NCBI GenBank assembly: GCA_020184695.1
Contig: JAANOX010000142.1
Span: forward strand, 372,001-436,000
Direction: 5' to 3'
Length of the DNA: 64,000 bases
Source: Histomonas meleagridis 2922-C6/04-290x
Taxonomy: Eukaryota > Protista > Parabasalia
Below, in pieces: positions 11,713 to 24,885 of this stretch. Made by a program: the position numbers and the translations under genes. Numbering within the stretch: position 1 is the stretch's first letter; each line of letters opens with the position of its first letter. The notes beneath the pieces were generated by a model. The model searched no databases and was not told the origin of the DNA. It saw nothing but the letters and a program-made list of their open reading frames with translations.

Positions 11713-14700
11713 ATGATTTCCGATTATCAACTTACCAAGAAGCCATTGCAAGAAGAGAAAGATGACGTTGCAAACGGAATCACAAATGCAATCAAATCAG
11801 CAAATTTTAAAGTATATGAAATTAAAAATATGGTAAATAGATTATATTCTCTTGATAATCGAATCAAAGCAAAAGAAACATGGCGCCGTTTCTCAGCAAA
11901 TATATTACGAAATTTTACCATCGAATGCGCTTATAGGTTCGTATCATTAAGTCAATCATTTGTTTTAATTCGTCAATTATATCTAAAAAAAGCATTACAA
12001 AAATGGAAAAATAAATATAGATGGAAGAAGTTATTACTTTTGCTTAAAGAAAAGGAAAAAGAAAAAAGATTAAATGAAATAATCAATCCTTTAATTAAAA
12101 AAGTTCAACGAAAATCAAAACAACAAAAATGGAAATCACTTGCAAAAGGAATTATTGACAAAGAAAAAAGAAACCGAATTGCAGATTCTATTAGGGAGTA
12201 TGATGATTTTACAAATCTCCAACATTTTTTCAACATATGGGTTAATAAATATACAAAGACCCAAAGCAAACGAAATATGCTTAAAAGTCGTTGGGTTTCG
12301 TTATATAATAAGCTATTGAAATCAAATCTTCATAATGAATTGAATCATGCATCATATAAATTTGATTTACAGAAACAATGGATTATTCTTTCAGCAAGTT
12401 ACTCTCGTCAAACAATGATTCAACTAGCTCAAAAATTCCAAATTCAGCTTAAATGGAATGATGTTACAAATCGCTATCATCGAATAACAATTTTGCAAAA
12501 TCTCGAAAATGCCAAATTCCGACTCGACACACAACAGAAATGGCAGAACATATCAAAGAGACTTCAAATGATCAATTACGTTAATCGTTTAAATGAATTA
12601 CGAGATATTCAGGATACAATTACAAAGCTTCGGCATCTTTCATTTCTTCTTAATTTACGAGAAACAAAAGATAAACTGAAACAAGCAAAACAAGAATATT
12701 TACATGAGCAAGAAGAAAAGAATAACAAAATCATTTTACGTAAATATTATACTAAAATGGAAGAAATGTATGATTTCCAAAAGCAAGCAAAACATGTTTT
12801 GAAGAACGCTTTTGTTTCTGCATTTAATTGTTATTATGACATTGTTCGAAACAGAGCTGCAATAACAATTCAAAGGTTCTTTTTAAAAGTTTATGAAAAG
12901 AAACAAAAAGAAAAGAATTTACTTCAGCAAATATTTACAGTTTGGAAATATTTACCTCATAAAATCGCAGTTAGATCCGTCAGATATCCTAAAATGATGA
13001 CTGTTATAAATATTAATATTAATTTATCTCTTGAAACTCATTCATTAATGAATTTGAATCCTTCTTTTGGATTATCGAAACTTTATCCAATGTTTTGTTT
13101 AAGGAAAAAACTGAAAGAACAAATGTTACAAAGAGTATCAAAGAAAACATTTAAGAACTTCAAATTATTAACTGAAATCGAACCAAATAAAATTAATATT
13201 AACCAAGATAAGCAAAATATTGATAATTTGCTAAAATCTAAACAAGAATCATTTATCAATAAGAAATTATCGAAATCGATTTTCAAATTAGAAGAACCTT
13301 ACAATATAATAAATACAAACAATTTAGATCCATTACTTAACCATAAAAGAAAAGAAAAAGGCGATTCAAATGAAACACTTATTTCAAAAGTTTCGAATAA
13401 TGTTAAGAATAAATTCGAACTAATTACAGATACATTCTCTGATAAAAAGAAAGAAATTAATGCATTGATTCCTAAAACACAGAAATATTCTATTTCAAAT
13501 ATAGATCAATATAATGAAGCATTTGATTTATCCAATATCGAATTTAGTTATGATTTCATTCAATCTCAAATCCAAATTAATTCATTGCTTAACACAACAA
13601 AAGATATACATAATATAAACTTAGAAAACAATTATGAAAATCTTATAAAATTTGATAAACTAAACATAAATAATATTCCATTACATATTAACATCAATTC
13701 ATTAAAGCATTACATAAATATCGAAGAAAGAGAAGAAGAAATAGATGATGCTTTATTAAAAGAAGCTGTTTCTACTTTCGATTTAGATGATCCAATTAAA
13801 GAATTCGAAAAAATTTATAGACAGCCATTTAATAATATTGAAAGAATTGAGAAACCTAAAATTTTAGTATATGATAGAACAATTCTTGAAGATGCAGCGA
13901 ATGAAATAGATCTTGATATTGTCATGAAATCTCTTCCAATGACACAACCAAATCAACTTAAATGTTTCACACCAATAGATGTTAATGTTCCTGAAAATCT
14001 TGAAATAAATGAAAAAGAAATAGAAGACCAAATAAATGAAGTGTTCAAAGAAATTACTTTTAATATTGATACACTCAATGAATATAAACCTACAAAGCAA
14101 CATGAAAATGAAATAAATTATAATGAAATAAAATATACATATAAATTTAAACCAATTGAAGTTAAATTTAATATGACTCCACTACAAATTTGTAATTCAA
14201 AAGATTTAAATCAAACTCAAGAAATTGAAGCATTAAAGCCACATGAAACGAAGTTAAATCTTAGTTTTGTTCAGCCAATTTATGAAAATGTATTTAATAA
14301 TGTTAATTTCGATCGTAAAAAGTTAACAGAAAATGACTTAAATGATCCTAAACAAATTTCATCAATTGAAAAAATTATTTCAAGTAATTCTCCATTAATT
14401 AATTTAGTTCATAATAATGCAAAATTGCTTCCACATATTTTGTTATCACATGCTCCAATAACTGAAGAAAATGATGATTTAAGGAATACTTATACTCTTT
14501 CAATAAAAATGGAGGATATACCTTTACAATCAATAGAACCCATTGAATCTATTGCACAATCATTATATGAACCAATTACAGAAATTAATATTGAATATAG
14601 TCCACATATTTCTATTCCAAATCTGTTTACAACAGAGAACATTACAAAAATTAAAGAATTTGTTCCTGTATCTATTAAAAAAGAAGAAGTAATAAAACAA

Positions 14701-17700
14701 TTTGATCTCCAATTGAAACCATTTGATTTCAAAATTAAACTTGATATCGATCGATTCCAAGTTACTAAAATCGATTCAACAGATTCGAAATCAATTAATA
14801 AAAAATCAGAAAACATTTCAAAGCAAATTAATTATACAAATCCAAATATTTGGAGACCAAAACAATCAATTGATTCATTAACTAATATCGAACCAATCAA
14901 AATATTTACAAAGCAAAACAATGAAACTGAACCTACAAATAAAATTGATTTCGATTATGAAAAAGAACTTTTTACAAATCCATTTATTTATCTTTTAAAT
15001 TTCCAATTATATTCATCTGATAAAAAGAAAGCCGATAACACTAAGCCAAAGAAAGGTAAATTTAATTATGATTTTGCAAATGATATAATTCAAAATCAAG
15101 CACTCTCTTTATATAATGCAAAACAATTATTTACATCTAAACCATCAGATATAAATAATTTAGCATTTTCTAATCTCTTATTCAACTTTAATGATATGGA
15201 ACTTATGTCAATTAAACCATTATATGAATATCAAACAATTCCATTCGCTGAACAAAAATCACTTGAAGAAACGCTCATAAATATGTTAATGGATAATATT
15301 CATTTGGTATATGATCCAAATATTACTCAAATGAAATCTCTTTATTTCTATAATATTAGTAATCAGTTTTCACATCCCAAACAACTTGATTTAGATAATA
15401 TTCACACATTTAATTTCTTGATTGATTTCAACAATGTAAAAGATTTTACTCCAATTAAGTCTTTACTTGAATATCAACGAAACCCATTGAACAAATCAGA
15501 TTCACCAACTCAAGAAATGCTTCTCGAAATGTTGAAGAATAACATTCAATTTTCTTATGATCCAAACATTACTAAAATGAAATCATTTTCATTTTATAAT
15601 GTTAAACAACAGATACCAATTCCTAAGCAAATAGATTCAAGTAATATTCCAATTTACAATTTCATATATAACTTTCATGATATTAAAGAAGCTATGTCTA
15701 TTAAATCATTATCAGAATATCAATCAATTCCACCAATAAAATTGGAGTCATCATTAGAAGAAATTCTTGTTAAAAGAATAATGAATAGAATTCATTTGCT
15801 TTATGATATTAATCTTAATATGAAACCAATGTCATTTTATAATACTAAGGAACAAATCTCAATTCCTAAACAAATGTATAATTTCATGTATGACTTCCAT
15901 GATATCGAAGAATTATTTTCAATTAAATCTTTAATGAATTATCAAACAGTTCTTCCATTAAAATCAGATTCATCATTAGAAGACATATTAATTGAAAAAA
16001 TAATGGATACAATTCATTTACATCATGATATAAATCCTAACATAAAGCCAATTTCATTTTATAATGCTAAACAACAAGTCTCCATTCCTAAGCAATTAGA
16101 TTTAAGTAATATTCCAATATATGATTTCATATATGATTTTCATGATATTAAAGAATTAATGTCAATCAAATCTTTAATGAATTATCAAACAGTTCTTCCA
16201 TTAAAATCAAATTCATCATCAGAAGAGATACTAATTAAAAAGATAATGGATACAGTTCATTTACTTTATGATATAAATCCTAACATAAAACCAATTTCAT
16301 TTTATAATGCTAAACAACAAGTCAACACTCCGAAACAATTGGATTTAGGTAATATTCCAATATATAATTTCATATATGATTTTCATGATATTGAAGAATT
16401 TATAAAAATTAAATCATTGTTAGAATACCAAGTAATTCCACCATTAAAATTAGATGCATCAACTGAAGAGATGTTGATGAAAATGATAAGAGATAAAATT
16501 CATTTACTTTATGATATAAATCTTCAAATGAAATCAGTTCAAATTACTCCGAAGGAACAACTTGAGAAACAGGTTCAATTTGACTTTACAGATGAATTTA
16601 ATGAAATTTTTGATGAAACAAATGAAGTAATTTCACGTGCTATTGAAGAATATGAAATTAATAAAAAGATATCATCAATTGATATTACAGAAGAGATTAC
16701 TGATGTACTTGATGAAACAAACAAAATGTTATCAGAATTACCTATTTTTAACGATAAACAATCAATTATATCTGATGAAGAATTTTCATTTGATGAAAAT
16801 GAAAATAATCTTTTAAGAAATATTTGTTCTGAAGTTATTTCTGAAGCATTTACAAAGAATATTTCAGATATCAATTATAAGCATTATAAGTTAATTAAAG
16901 ATGATCAAAAAGAAATTGATAGTGAAGAACTTTCATTAATTCTTAATGATAAAATTAATGATATCATAAATAATTCTCTTTCATCAATAATTGACAACAA
17001 TATTAAATCAATTAAACTCAGTGTTCTTCAAACAGATGAATTAAGCAAAGATAAGAAATATAATATGAAAGATGAAATTCAACAATTTATTATAGAAAAT
17101 ATAACGAATGCATTTATAGAAAACATTAAAGGTATTAATTATCATAATGTTAAAACTAAAACAAAATCTTCAGTACAAACTGATGATAAAAAAGAAGTTT
17201 ATATTATTCCAAATAAAGAAATTGAGCAATTAATTTCTTCGTTAGTACAAAGTAGTATAAAATCAATTGGATTGCAGAAATTTGATATATTAATCAATCC
17301 AATTCAAGATAAAACGCAACCAAAGAAAGAAGTTAAAGAAGAAAAAGAAACAGAATATAAACTTCCAAATTCAATTAGAGAAGAAATCGATCAAATTATA
17401 CATGGAAATATTTCAAATGCATTTGTGTTAAACTTTTTAGATATCAAATATCAAAACGTAATGGAAACAAAATCAATTAAATCAAAGGAAACTAAAATAG
17501 AACAAAAAGAAGATATTCAATATGAAATTCCACATGAAGAAGAACGAATTTTAACTGAAATTATTCAAAGTAACTTAAAATCAATTGGATTTGATAATGT
17601 TGATATTGTTCTTAAACCAATTATTAAAACTCAAGATCAAGGAAAAGGAAAAGAAGAAAACATTTCACAATATGAATATCAACTTCCAACATCAATTACA

Positions 17701-20700
17701 GAAATAATTACACAAAATATTCAACAAAACATTGTCAATTCATTTATTTCAAATCTCACGAATCTTCAATATCATTCTAATTATAACAAATCTGAACCAA
17801 AGCAAAATGTAACAGAAAACAACGAATATGAATATCAACTTCCAGAATCAATTACTGAAACCATTAGTGAAAATATTCATCAAAATATTTCAAATGTATG
17901 TTTATCAAATATCACTAACATTAAATATCATTATGACAATGTTACTAAATCAGATATAGAGACAAAAGAATTAATTAAGGAAGAACAAGAATATTCATAC
18001 GAAATTCCAAAAGGAATTGAAGAAGACATCAATGATAATATGCACAAAAATATTATTGATTCATATTTATCAAATATTTTAATGATAAATCATCATAATA
18101 TAAAAGAAGCTAGTAAAGCGCCAATAAAAGCAGAAAATGTAGAAAATGTAGAAAGCGAGCAATATATAATCCCGCAAGAAGAAGAAATTATTTCTGATTT
18201 CATTAAGAGTAATCTTAAATCTATTTTAATGAATAATGAAATACTTGATATTAATCCAACACAATTAAATATTAAAGAGCTAAAATCGAAACAAAAAATA
18301 ACAGAAAAAGTTGAAGGAAATTATCAACTTCCAGAAGCAATTCAAAATGGAATGCAACAAATCATTGATGGAAATATTATCAATGAATATCTGGAAAACA
18401 TTAAAGGCATTAAATATCAACCAATTATGAAATCAGATAAAATCAAATCTAAAAATGTTATGCTTGAATTAAATGAAAATGAACAAAAAGAAGATATTCA
18501 ATATGAAATTCCACATGGAGAAGAACGAATTTTAACTGAAATTATTCAAAGTAACTTAAAATCAATTGGATTTGATAATGTTGATATTGTTCTTAAACCA
18601 ATTATTAAAACTCAAGATCAAGGAAAAGGAAAAGAAGAAAACATTTCACAATATGAATATCAACTTCCAACATCAATTACAGAAATAATTACACAAAATA
18701 TTCAACAAAACATTGTCAATTCATTTATTTCAAATCTCACGAATCTTCAATATCATTCTAATTATAACAAATCTGAACCAAAGCAAAATGTAACAGAAAA
18801 CAACGAATATGAATATCAACTTCCAGAATCAATTACTGAAACCATTAGTGAAAATATTCATCAAAATATTTCAAATGTATTCATATCAAATACAACAATG
18901 ATAAATTATCACAATAATAATTATAAATCTGATCAACAAATTCAATCCCCAGAAGAAACTCAACCTACAACAGAAGACATCAAAACTGAATATAAACTTC
19001 CAGGAGCTATTGAAGAAGTCATCACACAGTATATTCATGAAAATGTTTTAAATACATTTTTATCAAATATTACATCATTAAATCACTATAATCTTTTGAA
19101 ATCAGAAAATGTTCCTGATTCAACTTCAATTCAGTATATTCCAAATGCAGAAATACAATTAATTTCTACTTTTATTCAAAGTAATATTAAATCAATTGGA
19201 CTTAATTCTATTGATTACATTATAAATCCAATTAATTTATTATATAAAGAATCATATTCTGAAAATGTTCATGAACAAGAAGAAAAAGAAGAAAACAAAT
19301 ATAAATTACCTGAATCAATTTTAGAAGAAAACAAACAATTTATTTCTGGAAATATTTCCAATGTATTTTTAACCAATATTACTATCAGATATAATAATGT
19401 CAAAGATTCCAAAGTTAAAGAAACAGTTGAAGAAACAAACGAATTCAAATATAAACTGCCAGAACCAATAGGAGAAACTATTGCTGAAAGCATTCATGAA
19501 AACATCACAAATGCGCTTTTATCAAACATCACTAACATCAAATATTCTTATGATATTGTTCAACCAGAAACGATTCAAACTTCTCCAGTAGAAAACGTTG
19601 AAGCCGAATATAAACTTCCGATATCTATAGAAGAATTAATCAATCAAAGTATTCATGCAAATGTTTCAGATGTATTTTTAGCAAATATAGCAAAGACAAA
19701 TTATCACAATATCGAAAAAATTGAAGTAACTAAAAAATCAGATACAGTAATAGAAGGAAAAGAAAAAGAAGAAATCTCAATAAGTCCGCATGTAGAAGAA
19801 CAATTTATTTCATCATTCATTGAAAGTAACATTAAATCGATTGGAATCAATAACAATGATATATCAATTGATCCAAATAATTTAAGTGCCAAAGAAATAA
19901 TTAAAAAGGATAAAGAAAATGAAATAGAAACTATTGAGCCATCAAATGAATATACACTTCCGAAATTGATTGAAGAAGAAATCAAACAATACATAACAGG
20001 AAATGTTACGAATGTAATTTTAACTAATCTCACAAATATAAATTATCATAATAATTACAAATCAGAAACAATTAAATCACGCGATATATCAATTGAACCG
20101 AAAGAAATAGAAGAACAAGAAGAAATTCAAGAATATTATCAATATCAAATACCAGATGGCGAAAAACAATTTATTTCTTCAATCATTGAAAGCAATATTA
20201 AAACAATAGTCATTAGTAACAATGAAATTTTGGTCAATCCAAATAATATAGTAACAAAAGAACCACTTAAAGAAGAAAAAGAAACAGCACAAATTCAACA
20301 AGAAAATGAATACACACTTCCGAAATTGATTGAAGAAGAAATTCAACAAAATGAAAAACAATTTATTTCTTCAATCATTGAAAGCAATATTAAAACAATA
20401 GTCATTAGTAACAATGAAATTTTGGTCAATCCAAATAATATCGAAACAAAAGAACCACTTAAAGAAGAAATGAAGACTACACAAATTCAACAAGAAAATG
20501 AATACACACTTCCGAAATCGATAGAAGAAGAAATCAAACAACACATAACGGGAAATATTTCGAATGTAATTTTAACTAATCTCACAAATATGAATTATCA
20601 CAATAATTATAAATCAAATGATGTGTCACCAATAGACCGAGCACTTTCAGATTCATCCAAATTTATTCAAGAAGAAAATATTACGCCATTAATCACAGAA

Positions 20701-23700
20701 ACTGAATACATACTTCCAGAATCTATTGAAGAAGTGATCAACCAAAATATAAACAGAAATATTAATAATGCATTATTTACTAATATATCAATTATTAATT
20801 ATCATAATATAAATGGAAAAGATATAATTAACTCAAGTGAAATAACTATAGAATCAGATACAAAAGATAAAGAAAGTTCATATCACTACATAATTCCAAA
20901 TGAAGAAGAACAATTCCTTTCAATGTTTATTCAAAATAATGTTAAATCAATCGGATATGAGAACATTAATTTTGTTATCAATTCAATAAAACCTATTAAA
21001 AAAGAAACAAAATCTGAAATAACACAAAAACAAAAAGAAAACCAAAATCAATATCAACTTCCAGAATCAATTAAAAATGAAATTGAACAATTTATTTACG
21101 GAAATGTTTCAAATGTATTTTTAACAAATATTGCAACAATTAGTCCAAATAACACAAAAGTATCATATTCAAGCGATGTTATTCCTGAAAAAGTTGAAAA
21201 AGATGAACAAAATATAACGTCAAAAGAGGAAATATTTTATAGTCATCCTGATTCAATCGAAGAAGAAATCAAACAATACATAACAGGAAATGTTACGAAT
21301 GTAATTTTAACTAATCTCACAAATATAAATTATCATAATAATTACAAATCAGAAACAATTAAATCACGCGATATATCAATTGAACTGAAAGATATCGAAG
21401 AACAAGAAGAAATTCAAGAAGATTATCAATATCAAATACCAGATGGCGAAAAACAATTTATTTCATCATTTATTCAAAGCAACATCAAATCAATTGGCTT
21501 TGCAAATGTTAATTTTGTAATTGATTCAAACAATTTTGCACAAGAAGAAAACAAAACATTGAATAAATTACCAGAAAGCAATTACGAACTTCCAAAATCA
21601 ATTGAAGAATATATTAATCAACAGGTTAATAGTAATATATCAAGTGCATTTTTCTCAACTATTAATAATATCAAATATCAAGATATTAAAGAAAAGGAAA
21701 AGATCAAAACAGTAAACAAAGCAAATGATTTCTATCTTGAACCTACTAATAAAGAAGTATCAAATGAATATAATTTACCAATAATTGAAGAAGAAATCAA
21801 ACAAATTATTCGAGGAAACATTTCAAATGCATTTTTCAACAATGCAAATTTAAATTATTTAAACAATGAAAATTCTAATGTTAAATCACATGAATTAATA
21901 GAAAAGAATAAAAAAGAGGAGAAAAATGTTATTTTACAAGAAGAAAATGAAGTTCAATATCAAATTCCAGATGGCGAAAAACAATTTATTTCATCATTTA
22001 TTCAAAGCAACATTAAATCAATAGTCATTAGTAACAATGAAATTTTGGTCAATCCAAATAATATAGTAACAAAAGAACCACTTAAAGAAGAAAAAGAAAC
22101 AGCACAAATTCAACAAGAAAATGAATACACACTTCCGAAATTGATTGAAGAAGAAATTCAACAAAATATTAATGGAAATCTTTCAAATGTAATTTTAACT
22201 AATCTTACAGATATGAATTATCATAATAATTATAAAACAGAAACAATCAAATCACGCGATATATCAATTGAACCGAAAGAAATAGAAGAACAAGAAGAAA
22301 TTCAAGAATATTATCAATATCAAATTCCAGATGGCGAAAAACAATTTATTTCTTCAATCATTGAAAGCAATATTAAAACAATAGTCATTAGTAACAATGA
22401 AATTTTGGTCAATCCAAATAATATAGTAACAAAAGAACCACTTAAAGAAGAAAAAAAGAAACAGCACAAATTCAACAAGAAAATGAATACACACTTCCGA
22501 AATTGATTGAAGAAGAAATTCAACAAAATATTAATGGAAATCTTTCAAATGTAATTTTAACTAATCTTACAGATATGAATTATCATAATAATTATAAAAC
22601 AGAAACAATTAAATCACGCGATATATCAATTGAACCGAAAGAAATAGAAGAACAAGAAGAAATTCAAGAATATTATCAATATCAAATTCCAGATGGCGAA
22701 AAACAATTTATTTCTTCAATCATTGAAAGCAATATTAAAACAATAGTCATTAGTAACAATGAAATTTTGGTCAATCCAAATAATATCGAAACAAAAGAAC
22801 CACTTAAAGAAGAAATGAAGACTACACAAATTCAACAAGAAAATGAATACACACTTCCTAAAGCGTTTGAAGAAGAAGTCAAACAAAACATAACGGGAAA
22901 TATTTCAAATGCAATTTTATCAAATATTTTAAATATAAATTATCATAATAATGAAAAAAGTAAAGAAATTAAATCACGCGATATTTCAATTGAGCCAAAA
23001 GAAATAGAAGAAAATGATATATATTATCAAATTCCGCATGAAGAAGAGCAATTTATATTTTCATTCATTGAAAGTAACACTAAATCGATTGGAATCAATA
23101 ACAATGATATATCAATTGATCCAAATAATTTAAGTGCCAAAGAAATAATTAAAAAGGATAAAGAAAATGAAATAGAAACTATTGAGCCATCAAATGAATA
23201 TACACTTCCGAAATTGATTGAAGAAGAAATCAAACAACACATAACAGGAAATGTTACGAATGTAATTTTAACTAATCTCACAAATATAAATTATCATAAT
23301 AATTACAAATCAGAAACAATTAAATCACGCGATATATCAATTGAACCGAAAGATATCGAAGAACAAGAAGAAATTCAAGAAGATTATCAATATCAAATAC
23401 CAGATGGCGAAAAACAATTTATTTCATCATTTATTCAAAGCAACATCAAATCAATTGGCTTTGCAAATGTTAATTTTGTAATTGATTCAAATAATTTTAC
23501 CCAAAAAGAAACGCCAGAAATCAAAACACCCAAAAAAGAAAATTCTTATTATTACAAACTTCCAAATTCTATTGAAGAAGAATTTAACAATATAATTATT
23601 GGAAACATTTCAAACTCAATGATATCCAATATAACAACAATGAATCATCATGAATTTAAGGAAGAAAACAATTTACAAAATGTTTCATCAAAAGAAAGTA

Positions 23701-24530
23701 AAACGCATAAACAAGAACAAACAAATCAATACGCAATTCCACATCAAGAAAAAGATTTTATTTCATCATTCATGCAAAGTAATATTAAATCGATTGGATA
23801 TCATGAAAATAATATTTCAATTGATCAAACCAAATTTGAACAAAAAGAAACAAAAACAGAAAACAAAAATTCAAATGATTTAGCAACACAAAGCAAAAAT
23901 GATTTTAATATCAAAGAAGAAGAAATAGAAAATCATTATCCACTTCCAAAATCGATTGAAAAAGAATTTGATCAAAATATTTATGGAATTATTTCACATG
24001 CAATTTTCTCAAATATTTCAAATATTATAAATTACAATAACTTAAATCTTGAATCTAGTAATCAATCATCAAATGTTTCACCAAAACAAAACAAATCACA
24101 TAAAGAAGAAACAACACAATATACAATTCCACATCAAGAAAAAGATTTTATTTCATCATTCATGCAAAGTAATATTAAATCGATTGAATATAATGAAAAT
24201 AATATTTCAATTGATCAAACCAAATTTGAACAAAAAGAAACAAAAACAGAAATGAAAAAAGTTGAAGAAGATCAAGTCAATAAATTAAATAATAATTATA
24301 TTGTTCCAAAAGAAGAAGAAAATTTCATTAAATCATTTTTGCAAAGTAATATTAAATCAATCGGATTCCAAACTGATTTTGTAATTGATACAAATTCACT
24401 TGTTGGTGATGAAACTCAAACGGAAAACAGAGAAATATTTTTGCTTCCTCAAAAAATCGAAGAAGAAATCAAGCAAATAATTCGTGGAAACATTTCAAGT
24501 GCATTTTTAGGCAATATTTCGACGTTATAA
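11713..24530 (+). CDS. Giant (~4270 aa) repetitive protein; one +2 frameshift at the A-run 22451-22457
   Basis: ORFs 11713-22506 and 22503-24530 carry the same repeat family. The A7 run corresponds to A5 in paralogous copies (20276-20280, 22091-22095). N-terminus has spaced Trp residues and an IQ-like RAAITIQRFF. Confidence 0.8.
15200..16530 (+). repeat. Intragenic tandem repeat family A (~80-85 aa units)
   Basis: Recurrent YD(P/I)N..MK..SFYN.KQQ..IPKQ.D..NIPIY.FIYDFHDI.E..SIKSL..YQ in the translation. Boundaries approximate. Confidence 0.8.
17050..24530 (+). repeat. Intragenic repeat family B (alternating Y.LP.SIEEEI.Q.I.GN.SN and YQIP..E.QFISSFIQSNIKSIG units)
   Basis: Many copies visible in the translation. 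Near-identical 400-bp duplication at 17500-17899 and 18481-18880, with further near-identical blocks from 19800 to 23470. Confidence 0.85.
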
Positions 24531-24879
24531 AATCTGTTTAAACATAAATTTAGATAGTTATTAAAATCTCAAAACCAAAGAGTATTATTTAACAGAAAAA
24601 CACATTAATAAACTTGTTTTTAATTTTTAATTTTAATTTTAAACAAACATATAAAAAAATGTGATAATTGATGAAATCTCAAATATATATATTGCACACA
24701 ACGATGATTTAACAATTTTTTTCGAGAGAGATAATTCTATTCACTTCTTTCTATCGGGATTTATCCAGACTAACCGATGCTCTCAAAACCTCAGAACACT
24801 TGAATGGTGCACCATTCAAAACTTCACTTTTTGATATATAGGGAAGTTTCCCTTCAATCTCGTAAAAATTTTAACCACT

Positions 24880-24885
24880 TCACTT
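24880..24885 (+). promoter_or_regulatory. Initiator (Inr)-like TCACTT
   Basis: Directly precedes ATG 24886 and fits the parabasalid Inr TCA(T/C)(T/A). Confidence 0.5.
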
